This document shows, piece by piece, positions 18,649 to 27,784 of a stretch of DNA of 64,000 nt. The first letter of the stretch is position 1, and every line of letters starts with the position of its first letter. Below the pieces are notes generated by a model that was given only the letters and a program-made list of their open reading frames with translations, ran no database searches and was not told the DNA's origin. The translations under genes were made by a program, and so were the position numbers. The stretch is from Polyangiales bacterium (GTDB lineage Bacteria; Myxococcota_A; Polyangia; Polyangiales; Polyangiaceae): assembly GCA_038231275.1 (NCBI GenBank), contig JBBRLQ010000024.1:59244-123243 (forward strand), in the 5' to 3' direction.

Positions 18649-20058
18649 TTAGGAGACCGGCGGAGGCGGCATCGTCTTCACCCGCTTGGCAGGCATCTCG
18701 ATCGACACCTCCGTGCCCCGGCCGACGTCGCTCTTGATTCGGATCTGCCCGCCAAGCGCGTTCACGAGGCCGTAGACGGCGCTGAGGCCGAGGCCGCTCT
18801 TCGCCGCGTCGGGGCGACCTTGGTAGAACGGGTCGAAGACCTTCGCGAGCTGCTCGGGCGGAATCCCGCGGCCTTGATCGGCGACGGTCAGCACCACCCG
18901 GTCGCCCTCGCGCCGCACACCGGCGGTGATCGTGCCGCCGCCCGGCATCGCCTCGACCGCGTTTCGCGCGACCTGAAAGAGCGCCTCGGCGAGCGCGCCG
19001 ACGTGGACCTCGATCGCGCCGACCTCCGGATCGTAGAAGCGGTCGATGATGACGCCGCTGCGCGCGCGGCCGATCGCGCTCTCCAACGCGAAGTCGAGCA
19101 TCGCGCCGACGTCGGCAGGCTCGAGCGTGCCCTCGGCGCTCATCGCGAAGCGCTTCAGGCGATCGACGCTGCGGCGAATGCGCGCGAGGCCCCCTTCCGC
19201 GCGCTTCAACGCGCCCTCGGCTTGCGCGGGATCGGGCGGCGCCTTCCCCAGCGCCTTCTTCGCCTGATCGGTGGAGGCCACCGAGACGGTGAGCGCGTTG
19301 TTCATCTCGTGCGCCATTCCTCCGACGAGGACGCGAAGCGCCTCGAGCTTCTCGACGACGACGAGCTGCTCTTGCACGCGCCGCATCTGCGCGACCTTTG
19401 CGCTGAGGCGCTCGACGCGGAGGAACGTGAGGAGGGCGGCGCGATGCCGGCGGCGCTCGATGATCCACCCGGCCGCCCACACCGACAACACGAACACGTG
19501 CAGGCTCGGCTGCGCGCTGGGTGCGCCGAGGACGAAGCCGACGTACACAGCCGCCCCGAGCCCGACGCCGAGGCGCGGCGGAAGCGGGAGGAGCGCGAAC
19601 ATTCCCGCGATCGCGAGCGGCGCGGCGAGGACGTATTCGCTCGCGCCGCCGCCGGTCGCGTGCGTGACGCTGCTCCATCCGATCGCGAGGACGAGCCCCG
19701 CAACCGCCGCGAGCCACCGGAGCGCGACGAGGTTGCGCTTGGCGATCGGCACACCGAGCGCGACGCCGCCGAGGAGGATGGTGACGAACGCTTGCCCGAG
19801 CGTCGCGCCGCGCGTGACCGACGGCACGCGGAAGAACAGGTCGACGATCGCGGTGATGCCGGTGACCGTCGCGTAGACCGCCACGGTCGGGAGGAGGCGG
19901 CGCGCGAGGCGTGCGCGTTGATCGTTCAAGAAGCGGCGACGCGGCCGCCCCTTCCGCCCGAGCTGCTCGCCCATCTTGTCCGCGCGATCACGGAGCACGC
20001 TCGCCGCCGGCAGCGTGAAGCGCGGCCGCGTCGGGTGCTGCTCGGCGCCGCTCGGCAT
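18649..20058 (-). CDS. Membrane sensor histidine kinase
   Basis: About 5-6 TM helices, H-box AHEMNN, NAVEA, DQGRGI, FDPF, GLGL. Confidence 0.9.
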   Translation of the reverse strand: MPSGAEQHPTRPRFTLPAASVLRDRADKMGEQLGRKGRPRRRFLNDQRARLARRLLPTVAVYATVTGITAIVDLFFRVPSVTRGATLGQAFVTILLGGVALGVPIAKRNLVALRWLAAVAGLVLAIGWSSVTHATGGGASEYVLAAPLAIAGMFALLPLPPRLGVGLGAAVYVGFVLGAPSAQPSLHVFVLSVWAAGWIIERRRHRAALLTFLRVERLSAKVAQMRRVQEQLVVVEKLEALRVLVGGMAHEMNNALTVSVASTDQAKKALGKAPPDPAQAEGALKRAEGGLARIRRSVDRLKRFAMSAEGTLEPADVGAMLDFALESAIGRARSGVIIDRFYDPEVGAIEVHVGALAEALFQVARNAVEAMPGGGTITAGVRREGDRVVLTVADQGRGIPPEQLAKVFDPFYQGRPDAAKSGLGLSAVYGLVNALGGQIRIKSDVGRGTEVSIEMPAKRVKTMPPPPVS

Positions 20059-20103
20059 GCGGAGATCTTACACGCTCTGTCGCGCGGAGGTCGCTTGCTT
20101 GCG

Positions 20104-21054
20104 CTAGAAAACGCCGCGAATCCCCGCGTATCCCGGCCCGACCACGCCGCTGACCGCGGCCGGGCGCGAGGGATCTGGAGAGAGGAGGAGGTACGCCCCC
20201 ACCGACGCGCTCACGATGCCCGTGAGGAACGCGACGTCGGCGATGGTGCGGAGGAAAATTCCATCGGAGCGCGTCTTCGGATCCTGCGCGCCGGGAGGAG
20301 CGCTGTTGTAGTCGTGCGAGAGCGCCTGCGCGCGGAGGCCGGCGAGAAGTCCCACGAGACCTCCCGCGCCGCCCGCGCCGACGAGCACCCAGCCGATGAC
20401 GTGGCGCTGGCTCATTCCCTCGGGCTCTTTGCCCGAACCACCGGGACCACCGGGGACGTCGACGCGACCGGGGTCGCGCGCGTCGAGCGCGATGTCGACG
20501 ATCGCGGGCTTGCTCGCCGTCACCGTGATCGCCTGACGCTTGGGTGCATAGCCATCGGCGTGCACGTCGAGGAGGTGCTCGCCGAGGACCGAGCGCACCT
20601 CGACGAAATCGCCGGGGACGAGGGCGAGCGGCTGCGAGTCGAGCGTGGCGCGCGCGCCGCTCGGGGCGATGCGAACGCGAAGCGTGCCGAGGCCGGCGCG
20701 CACATGAGACAGCGCGGAGCGCGCGCTGGCGATCTCTTCGGAGGAGGCGCCGCCGTCGTCGGAGAGGAACTTGACGAGTTCTTGCTCCGCGACCGGAAGC
20801 TCGCCGGTCTTCCAGCGCGCGATGCCGAGGTTCAGGAGGATGCTGGGGTGCGCGTAGAGTCGGTACGCTTCTACGAACGCGTCGCGAGCATGCGCGTAGT
20901 CGCCGCCTTGCGCGAGGACGACGCCGCGCCGGAACGCCGCCCGTGAATCTTCGCGCGCGTCGGCGTGCGCGCCACGTCCCGCGAGGGCGAGGACGAACGC
21001 GAGCGCGAGGCCGAAGAGCCACGCGCGGGGGCGCCGCACGGCCAAGAGAGCCAT
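20104..21054 (-). CDS. Exported TPR + PEGA domain protein
   Basis: Signal peptide (AHA), TPR 'FVEAYRL..HPSILLNLG', PEGA 'PSGARATLD...GEHLLDVHADGY', C-terminal TM segments. Confidence 0.8.
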   Translation of the reverse strand: MALLAVRRPRAWLFGLALAFVLALAGRGAHADAREDSRAAFRRGVVLAQGGDYAHARDAFVEAYRLYAHPSILLNLGIARWKTGELPVAEQELVKFLSDDGGASSEEIASARSALSHVRAGLGTLRVRIAPSGARATLDSQPLALVPGDFVEVRSVLGEHLLDVHADGYAPKRQAITVTASKPAIVDIALDARDPGRVDVPGGPGGSGKEPEGMSQRHVIGWVLVGAGGAGGLVGLLAGLRAQALSHDYNSAPPGAQDPKTRSDGIFLRTIADVAFLTGIVSASVGAYLLLSPDPSRPAAVSGVVGPGYAGIRGVF

Positions 21055-21061
21055 TCGGGTA

Positions 21062-22435
21062 TCAATACCGCGGCTTGTCCTGGATGTGGGGGCCCGTCGT
21101 GACTTTCTTCGTCGGCACCGGCGACGGCCGCAGACGGTACGCGCGCGACGGCCTCGACGGTTGCGTGCCTTGTCCTCCGGCCGTCGCGTTTCCCGATCCT
21201 GGCGCGGGCGTCGCGTTCGCTTGGGGATCGTCCGCCGCAGGAAGCGGCGTCGGATCGGCGGGATCTGCCGGGCCCGCGCCGGGCTGCGGATCGCCCGGCG
21301 GAGACGCGGTCGCGGCGAGCGCAGTCGCGCCAACCTCCGGCGCAGCCAGGGGAGGAGGCTGCGCCGCGCGGCTCGAGTGAGGCCGTCCGACCAGCACGAA
21401 GACGAGGAGCGCGCTCGCGCCGAAGAGCGCGGCGCCGGCCAACGCAAGCCCGAGCTTCGACGATCGCGCCGTCCCGCTCGACGACAGCGGCCCCGCGGTC
21501 ATCACGGTCTGCGTCTGCATGATGCTGGACGATCCGCTGTGGATCGGCACGACGCGCGGCATTACCGACGCCGGTCCGAGCGCGCGCCACGCCTTGAGCA
21601 GCTCCTGCGCGGACGCGAACCTGTCGACCGGCTTTCGCGCGAGCGCACGGCCTACCAGCGCGTCGAGCCCCGGCGGCACCGGCACCTGCGCGAGATCCCG
21701 CAGCGACCGCGCCGAGCGCTCCAGCTTGCTCGCGATCATCGCCATCTGCCCCGACGCGTCGTGCGCCAACCGCCCGGAGAGCGCTTCGAACACCACCATC
21801 GCGAACGAGTACACGTCCGCGCGCTCGTCGACCTTCGACGCGCCGCGGATCTGCTCCGGCGCCATGTACGCGATCGTCCCGAGCGCCTCGCCCGTCGTCG
21901 TCAGGTGCTCGACGTCTTGCGAGTCGAGCTTGCACACGCCGAAGTCGAGCACCTTCGCGCGCCCCGCCGACGGCGCGAACGCTCCATCCTCCACCGTCTC
22001 GAGGAAGATGTTGCCGGGCTTCAGATCGCGATGCACGACGCCGGCCGCGTGCGCGTCGATGAGGCCGAGGAGCACGTGCTCGCCGATCCACCGAACCTCG
22101 TCCCACGCGAGATGACCGCCGACGCGCCGCAGGCGTTCACCGAGCGTCTCGCCGTGGAGGAGCTCCATGACGAGGAAGAGCTCCCCCTGCTCGTCGCGCC
22201 CGACCTCGATGAGGCGCGGAACGTACGGGCTGTGTACGCGCGCCGCCGCCTGCGCTTCACGGTAAAGGCGCTGGACGAGGAGATCGCCGAGCACGCTGCG
22301 TGTGACGACCTTGATCGCGACGCGATCGCCGGTCTCAAGGTTGGACGCAGCGAAGACCTCGCCCATCCCCCCTCTGCCGATGGAGGCTTCGAGGCCATAA
22401 CGGCCGCACAAAACGCTCCCGACGCCGATCGACAC
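21062..22435 (-). CDS. Membrane-anchored Hanks-type Ser/Thr protein kinase
   Basis: IGRGGMG, VAIK, HRDLKPGNI, DFG, YMAPEQ, DVYS; TM helix and Pro-rich tail. Confidence 0.95.
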   Translation of the reverse strand: MSIGVGSVLCGRYGLEASIGRGGMGEVFAASNLETGDRVAIKVVTRSVLGDLLVQRLYREAQAAARVHSPYVPRLIEVGRDEQGELFLVMELLHGETLGERLRRVGGHLAWDEVRWIGEHVLLGLIDAHAAGVVHRDLKPGNIFLETVEDGAFAPSAGRAKVLDFGVCKLDSQDVEHLTTTGEALGTIAYMAPEQIRGASKVDERADVYSFAMVVFEALSGRLAHDASGQMAMIASKLERSARSLRDLAQVPVPPGLDALVGRALARKPVDRFASAQELLKAWRALGPASVMPRVVPIHSGSSSIMQTQTVMTAGPLSSSGTARSSKLGLALAGAALFGASALLVFVLVGRPHSSRAAQPPPLAAPEVGATALAATASPPGDPQPGAGPADPADPTPLPAADDPQANATPAPGSGNATAGGQGTQPSRPSRAYRLRPSPVPTKKVTTGPHIQDKPRY

Positions 22436-22464
22436 GACGCTTAGAAACTACCACGAAACATGGG

Positions 22465-24162
22465 TTATCGCCCTTGTGGGCTGGAGTGGGAGCTGTGGGA
22501 GCTGTAGGCCCGAAGCTCCGTCTTGAGGACCTTGCCGGTCGGGTTTCGCGGGAGCGCGTCCAAAAAGACGAAGTCGCGCGGGACCTTGGGGCCGGCGAGG
22601 CGCTCGCGCGTCCAGATCTTGAGCGATCCCTCGTCGAGCGTGGAGCCGCTTTTCTTCACGACGAATGCACGCACGCGCTCGCCCCACTCGACGTCAGGCA
22701 CGCCGACGACCGCCACCTCGGCGAGCTCCGGGTGCTGCTCGAGCGCGCCTTCGACCTCCGCGGGGTAGACGTTCACGCCGCCGCTGATGACCATGTCGCG
22801 CTTGCGACCTTCGATGAAATAGCGACCGTCGCGATCGGCGCGCACGAGATCGCCGACGCTGAAGAAGCCGTCGCGCATGCTGTCTTTCGTGGCGTCGGCG
22901 TCCTTGTGGTACCCGCTCACGAGGAACTTGTTGAGGACGAAGAGCTCGCCCACCGCGCCGGGCGCCACGGACTTTCCGGCGTCGTCGAGGAGGCGGATCT
23001 CATTTCCGGGAACCGCCTTTCCGATCGTGCCCGGCGCGGCGCGCAGATCGGCGGGCTTGGCGAGCGTGACGAGGCCGGTCTCCGTCGCTCCATAGAAATT
23101 GAAGAGCACGTCGCCGAACGCGTCCATGAACTCGAGCGCGAGCGGCCCCGGCAGCGGCGCGCCTCCCGAGAAGACGACGCGGAGCGAGCGCGCGTCGTAG
23201 CGCTGCATCGTCTCCTTGCCGAGCGACAGCACACGATGAAGCATCGTCGGCACGAGCGCGGTCGTCGTCACCTGATGCTTCTCGACGAGCGCGAGGAACG
23301 GCTCCGGCTTGAACTCGTCCATCAGCACCGCGGTGTTGCCGAGCATGTGCGAGAGCGACAAGAACCCGAACGCCGTCGAGTGGTACATCGGGCACGTGAC
23401 GAGGTGAACGTCGTCGACGCGCATCGGCGTCTCCGCGACGAAGCGCATGAAGGCCGGCATCGCGTCCTTCGGGAACTTGCGCACGGCCCCCTTGGGCTTG
23501 CCGGTCGTGCCAGACGTGTAGATCACGACCGACGCGTCGTCCTCTGCGCCCTTCTCGGCGACGAACGGCGTGGTCTCTTCGAGGAGGCGCGCGGACGGCG
23601 TCGTCCCGGGCACGGCGTCGCCGACGGAGTAGTAGGACGTCGCGGCGATCTTCGGCAGCTCCTTCTTCGCTTCTTCGACGACGTGCCAGAGGTCGCTCTC
23701 GAACGCCATCGCGACGGCGCCGCAGTGCGTGGCGAGGTACACGAGCTCCTTGGCCGTAGAGCGCCACGACACCGCCACCGCCGCGGCCCCGAGCCTCGCC
23801 GCCGCCGCGCCGATCTCGATGAACTCGGGGCGGTTCTTCATGATGAGGACGACGCTGTTGCCGCGCTTCACGCCGCGCGCGGAGAGGCCGGCCGCGATCT
23901 TGTCGATGCGCGCGTCGAGCTCGGAGAACGTGACCGCGCGATCGCGCCAAATGAGCGCCTTCTTGTCGGGCGAGTTTTTGGCGTGGATGCGGTAGATCTG
24001 CGACGGGTTCTGCGAGGTGGCGGTGAGCGTGCGGACGAGCTGTGCGACGCCGGGCGCGCGCATGTCCCACATGAAGCCGCTGGTGTTGCCGACCTTCATG
24101 GCGACCTTCACGCGGTCGGGGAGGTCTTGGAGGCGCGCGCGGAGGTCGGTGATTCGGCTCAC
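22465..24162 (-). CDS. AMP-dependent acyl-CoA synthetase/ligase
   Basis: YTSGTTGKPKG, YGATE, GDL, GRKRDMVISGGVN, PRNPTGK. Confidence 0.92.
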   Translation of the reverse strand: MSRITDLRARLQDLPDRVKVAMKVGNTSGFMWDMRAPGVAQLVRTLTATSQNPSQIYRIHAKNSPDKKALIWRDRAVTFSELDARIDKIAAGLSARGVKRGNSVVLIMKNRPEFIEIGAAAARLGAAAVAVSWRSTAKELVYLATHCGAVAMAFESDLWHVVEEAKKELPKIAATSYYSVGDAVPGTTPSARLLEETTPFVAEKGAEDDASVVIYTSGTTGKPKGAVRKFPKDAMPAFMRFVAETPMRVDDVHLVTCPMYHSTAFGFLSLSHMLGNTAVLMDEFKPEPFLALVEKHQVTTTALVPTMLHRVLSLGKETMQRYDARSLRVVFSGGAPLPGPLALEFMDAFGDVLFNFYGATETGLVTLAKPADLRAAPGTIGKAVPGNEIRLLDDAGKSVAPGAVGELFVLNKFLVSGYHKDADATKDSMRDGFFSVGDLVRADRDGRYFIEGRKRDMVISGGVNVYPAEVEGALEQHPELAEVAVVGVPDVEWGERVRAFVVKKSGSTLDEGSLKIWTRERLAGPKVPRDFVFLDALPRNPTGKVLKTELRAYSSHSSHSSPQGR

Positions 24163-24215
24163 GCGCGAACTCTACCAGGCCGCGGACGACACGGCGGTGT
24201 AGTCTGCTCGTGCCC

Positions 24216-24611
24216 ATGGACGAGGAGAAGCGCGAGGCGGACCGCGCCGCGATCACCCTCAAGGTCGACTACAAGCGGATCAACACGTTCTTCGCCGACT
24301 ACACGAAGAACATCTCCAAGGGGGGAACGTTCATCCGCACGACCAAGCCGCTCGCGATCGGCACCGAGTTCGTGTTCGTCCTCTCGCTCCCCGCGCAGAA
24401 CGAGCAGCTCAAGCTCCTCGGGCAGGTGGTCTGGATCACGGAAGAAGAGAAGGCCACCGAAGAGAGCCCGCAAGGCATGGGCATCCGCTTCAAGTTCAGC
24501 TCGGACGACGAGCGCGAGCAGGTGAACCGCTTCGTCGAGCGCCTGATGAACGAGACGCTCGGCGAGCACATCTCGCAGCGCCTCCTCGCCAAAATGCGCG
24601 AGCAGACCTAG
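24216..24611 (+). CDS. TIGR02266-family PilZ-like domain protein
   Basis: KRE..R, YTKNISKGGTFIRT, GQVVW, GMGIRF. Confidence 0.88.
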   Translation: MDEEKREADRAAITLKVDYKRINTFFADYTKNISKGGTFIRTTKPLAIGTEFVFVLSLPAQNEQLKLLGQVVWITEEEKATEESPQGMGIRFKFSSDDEREQVNRFVERLMNETLGEHISQRLLAKMREQT

Positions 24612-24620
24612 ATTCAGAGG

Positions 24621-25586
24621 ATGAAGCTGCCGATGGCCGACGCGCCGGAGCCCAAGATCGATCCGTCGCTGGACCTCGAGGACGAGATCCAGAAGCTCAA
24701 GAAGTCCAAGAACGCCGTCATCCTGGCCCACTATTACCAAGAGGGTGAGATTCAGGACGTCGCCGATTTCATCGGGGACTCGCTCCAGCTGTCGCAAGAA
24801 GCGGCGAAGACGAAGGCCGATGTCATCTGCTTCGCGGGCGTCCACTTCATGGCCGAGACCGCGAAGATCTTGAACCCGGGGCGCATCGTCGTCGTCCCCG
24901 ATCTGACCGCCGGCTGCTCGCTCGCTGACGGCTGCCCGGCCGACAAGCTCGCGGCGTGGCAAGCGCGGTTCCCCGGCGCCGTCACCGTCAGTTACATCAA
25001 CTGCTCCGCCGAAGTGAAGGCGCTCTCCGATTACATCTGCACGTCCTCGAACGCCGAGAAGATCGTGCGCGCCATCCCGGCCGACAAGAAGGTGCTCTTC
25101 GCGCCCGACAAGAACTTGGGCGCCTACCTCCAGAAGCAGATCGGCCGCCCGATGGAGCTCTGGCAAGGCAGCTGCATCGTCCACGAGACGTTCAGCGAAA
25201 AGAAGCTGGTCGGCCTGAAGGAGCGGAACCCCGACGCGGTCGTCCTGGCGCATCCCGAGTGCGAGGAGCACGTCCTCCGCCACGCCGACTACATCGGGTC
25301 GACGACCGGCATCCTCAAGTATGCGGTCAATAGCCCCAAGAAGAAGTTCATCGTCGTGACCGAAGCGGGGATCCTGCACCAAATGCAGAAGGCAGCGCCG
25401 GACAAGGAGTTCATCCCCGCCCCGCCCGACGCGAACTGCGCGTGCAACGAGTGCCCGTTCATGCGGAAAAATACGCTGGAGAAGGTGTACCTGTCGCTCC
25501 GCGATCTGGCGCCCCGCCTCGAGATGCCGATCGATCTCATCACGCGCGCCAGGGTGCCGATCGACCGCATGCTTGCGCTGTCTTGA
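24621..25586 (+). CDS. nadA: Quinolinate synthase
   Basis: ILAHYYQ, GDSLQL, GVHFMAE, GCSLA, YINCS, CTSSNA, CIVH, HPEC, GST, C.FM. Confidence 0.96.
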   Translation: MKLPMADAPEPKIDPSLDLEDEIQKLKKSKNAVILAHYYQEGEIQDVADFIGDSLQLSQEAAKTKADVICFAGVHFMAETAKILNPGRIVVVPDLTAGCSLADGCPADKLAAWQARFPGAVTVSYINCSAEVKALSDYICTSSNAEKIVRAIPADKKVLFAPDKNLGAYLQKQIGRPMELWQGSCIVHETFSEKKLVGLKERNPDAVVLAHPECEEHVLRHADYIGSTTGILKYAVNSPKKKFIVVTEAGILHQMQKAAPDKEFIPAPPDANCACNECPFMRKNTLEKVYLSLRDLAPRLEMPIDLITRARVPIDRMLALS

Positions 25587-25653
25587 GCGTTTGGCAGGCG
25601 TTTGGAGCAGGTCGACGGTGGTCAGCGCGGCCGCTCCGGCGTAGAGTCTCGCC

Positions 25654-27750
25654 ATGCCGCGTTGGGTTCGTCTTGCGTCGAGCTCGGTCGCCGTCGCGAC
25701 CCTGATCGTCGCGTGCGGATCGCGGACCGGCCTCGATTTGCCGCAGGACGACTGCGCAGAGGGCTTCATCGACTGTCAGCCCGCGCCCGACGCGCACCAC
25801 GACGCACCGCGCGACAACACCGTGCCCGACGTGCTCGTCGATCGCGACGGACCACGCGACGTCTCGCGTGAAGGCGACGGGCCGCTCTTCGAAGGCGGGC
25901 CGCTCGACGTCGTGACGGACTGCGCGCAGCCCGCCTACTGCGATCCGGCGGATCCTGGCTACGTCTACAAATGCGGCGTTCGCATCTTCCAGTGCAGCTC
26001 GCTCGAGCAGTGCGAGCAGGTCGGCGGCTTCGATGCCGGCGACGCGAGCGACGCGGGCACCGCGCAGTGCATCAACCCGTGCCTCGACACGCTCGGGCAG
26101 GACACGTCGAACGGGTGTGAGTTCTTCGCCGGCGTCATCGACACCGAGGCCTCGACGGCGGGCGCGTGCTACGCAGTCTTCATCGTCAACCAGTGGAAGA
26201 CGGGCGAGCCGGCCCGCATCCAAGTCGATCGCGGCGGGACGATCCTTCCGATCGACTCGTTCACGCGCATCCCGGTCGGCAAAGGCACGTCGCTCGCGTA
26301 CGCGGCGTACGACTCGCAAGTGGGGCTCGCGAAGGATCAGATCGCGATCATGTTCCTCTCCGCGAACCCGGCGCTCGCGGGAACGGGCGGCAGCAACCCC
26401 AACGTGCTGGCGCAGTGCCCCGCCGGCGTTACCCCCGCGGTGATCCCCGACGCTGCGCTCCACGGCACCGGCTTCGGGACGGCGTTCCACATCAAGACGA
26501 ACGTGCCGGTCGTCGGCTACCAGATGATCCCGTACGGCGGCGGGCGCGCGCGCGTGACGAGCGCGACGTTGCTCCTGCCCACGAACGTGTGGGACAAATC
26601 GTTCGTCGCCGCCAACGCGCACCCGCAGCCGAACTTCGACGTCGTGCCGCCGGCCGCCGAGGACTCGCCGACGATGATGATCCTCGCGAGCGACAACGAC
26701 ACCCACGTGACCATCAACCCGGTGACGCCCATCACCGGAGGAGGCGGAGTCTCACCCGCGCCGGCCGGCGCACCGGTCACCTACACGATCGGCCGCGGCG
26801 AGTACCTCCAGCTCACGCAGCCGATCGAGCTGACCGGAAGCCCAATCGCCGCCGACAAGCCGATCGCGGTGATTGGCGGATCCACGATCATGCAGGTCCC
26901 CCTCGGCCGGCAGCGCGCCGACACCGCCCACCAGATGCTGCCGCCCGTCAGCGCGCTCGGCAGCGAGTACGCGGCGGTGCGCTACCGGCAGCGCGCGACG
27001 CACGCCGACGAGACCGTTCCCTGGCGCATCGTCGGCGTGGTCGACGGCACTCAGCTCACGTGGGAGCCGTCGATTCCACCCGGCGCGCCGACGACGATCA
27101 ACGCGCGCCAGTTCGTCGAGTTCAACTCGCAAGGCCAGTTCGTCGTCCGCAGCCAGAACGCCGCGCATCCGTTCTACATGGCCGGCTACATGACGGGCGG
27201 AGATACCCCGCCGTACCTGCGGGCCGAGACCGACGGCGGCGTCACCGAGAATGAGACCCCGAACGACGGCGAAGGCGACGCGGAGTTCGTGAACCTCGTG
27301 CCCCCCGCGCAGTTCCTCCCGCGCTACACGTTCTTCACCGATCCGACCTACCCAGAGACGAACCTCGTCGTCACGCGCGTCAAAGATCCGGTGCTCGGCT
27401 TCCCCGAGGTCTCCCTCGACTGCGCCGGCACCCTCGGCGGATGGACGAACCTCGGCGCCGCCGGCCTCTACCAGTACACGCGCGTCGATCTCTCGACCGG
27501 CGATTTCCAGGGCGTCGGAGGCTGCGACAACGGCGTGCACACGATGGTCGGCAGCTTCCCGGGCGTCGACGGCTCCGCGAACGTCCCGCGCTTCGGCGTG
27601 ACGATCTGGGGATGGGGCAACGGCATCACCTACGCGCCATGCTGCGGTAACAACGAGGACCAGAACCCCAAGTACACGCGCTGGGTCAGCTACGCGTACC
27701 CTGCGGGAGCGAACTTCTCGCCGCTGAACAGCGTCGTCATCACGCCTTAG
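25654..27750 (+). CDS. IgGFc-binding-protein N-terminal domain lipoprotein, paralog 1
   Basis: Lipobox VAC; SNGCEFF, AFHIKTNVPVVGYQ, SATLLLPTNVW, ADKPIAVIGG, QMLPPVSALGSEY, WVSYAYPAG. Confidence 0.85.
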   Translation: MPRWVRLASSSVAVATLIVACGSRTGLDLPQDDCAEGFIDCQPAPDAHHDAPRDNTVPDVLVDRDGPRDVSREGDGPLFEGGPLDVVTDCAQPAYCDPADPGYVYKCGVRIFQCSSLEQCEQVGGFDAGDASDAGTAQCINPCLDTLGQDTSNGCEFFAGVIDTEASTAGACYAVFIVNQWKTGEPARIQVDRGGTILPIDSFTRIPVGKGTSLAYAAYDSQVGLAKDQIAIMFLSANPALAGTGGSNPNVLAQCPAGVTPAVIPDAALHGTGFGTAFHIKTNVPVVGYQMIPYGGGRARVTSATLLLPTNVWDKSFVAANAHPQPNFDVVPPAAEDSPTMMILASDNDTHVTINPVTPITGGGGVSPAPAGAPVTYTIGRGEYLQLTQPIELTGSPIAADKPIAVIGGSTIMQVPLGRQRADTAHQMLPPVSALGSEYAAVRYRQRATHADETVPWRIVGVVDGTQLTWEPSIPPGAPTTINARQFVEFNSQGQFVVRSQNAAHPFYMAGYMTGGDTPPYLRAETDGGVTENETPNDGEGDAEFVNLVPPAQFLPRYTFFTDPTYPETNLVVTRVKDPVLGFPEVSLDCAGTLGGWTNLGAAGLYQYTRVDLSTGDFQGVGGCDNGVHTMVGSFPGVDGSANVPRFGVTIWGWGNGITYAPCCGNNEDQNPKYTRWVSYAYPAGANFSPLNSVVITP

Positions 27751-27774
27751 TCGGAGTCGGAGTCGGAGTCGGAG
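27749..27774. repeat. (AGTCGG)x4 hexamer array
   Basis: Begins inside the TAG stop codon of the upstream gene. Confidence 0.95.
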
Positions 27775-27784
27775 GTCTTATTTC

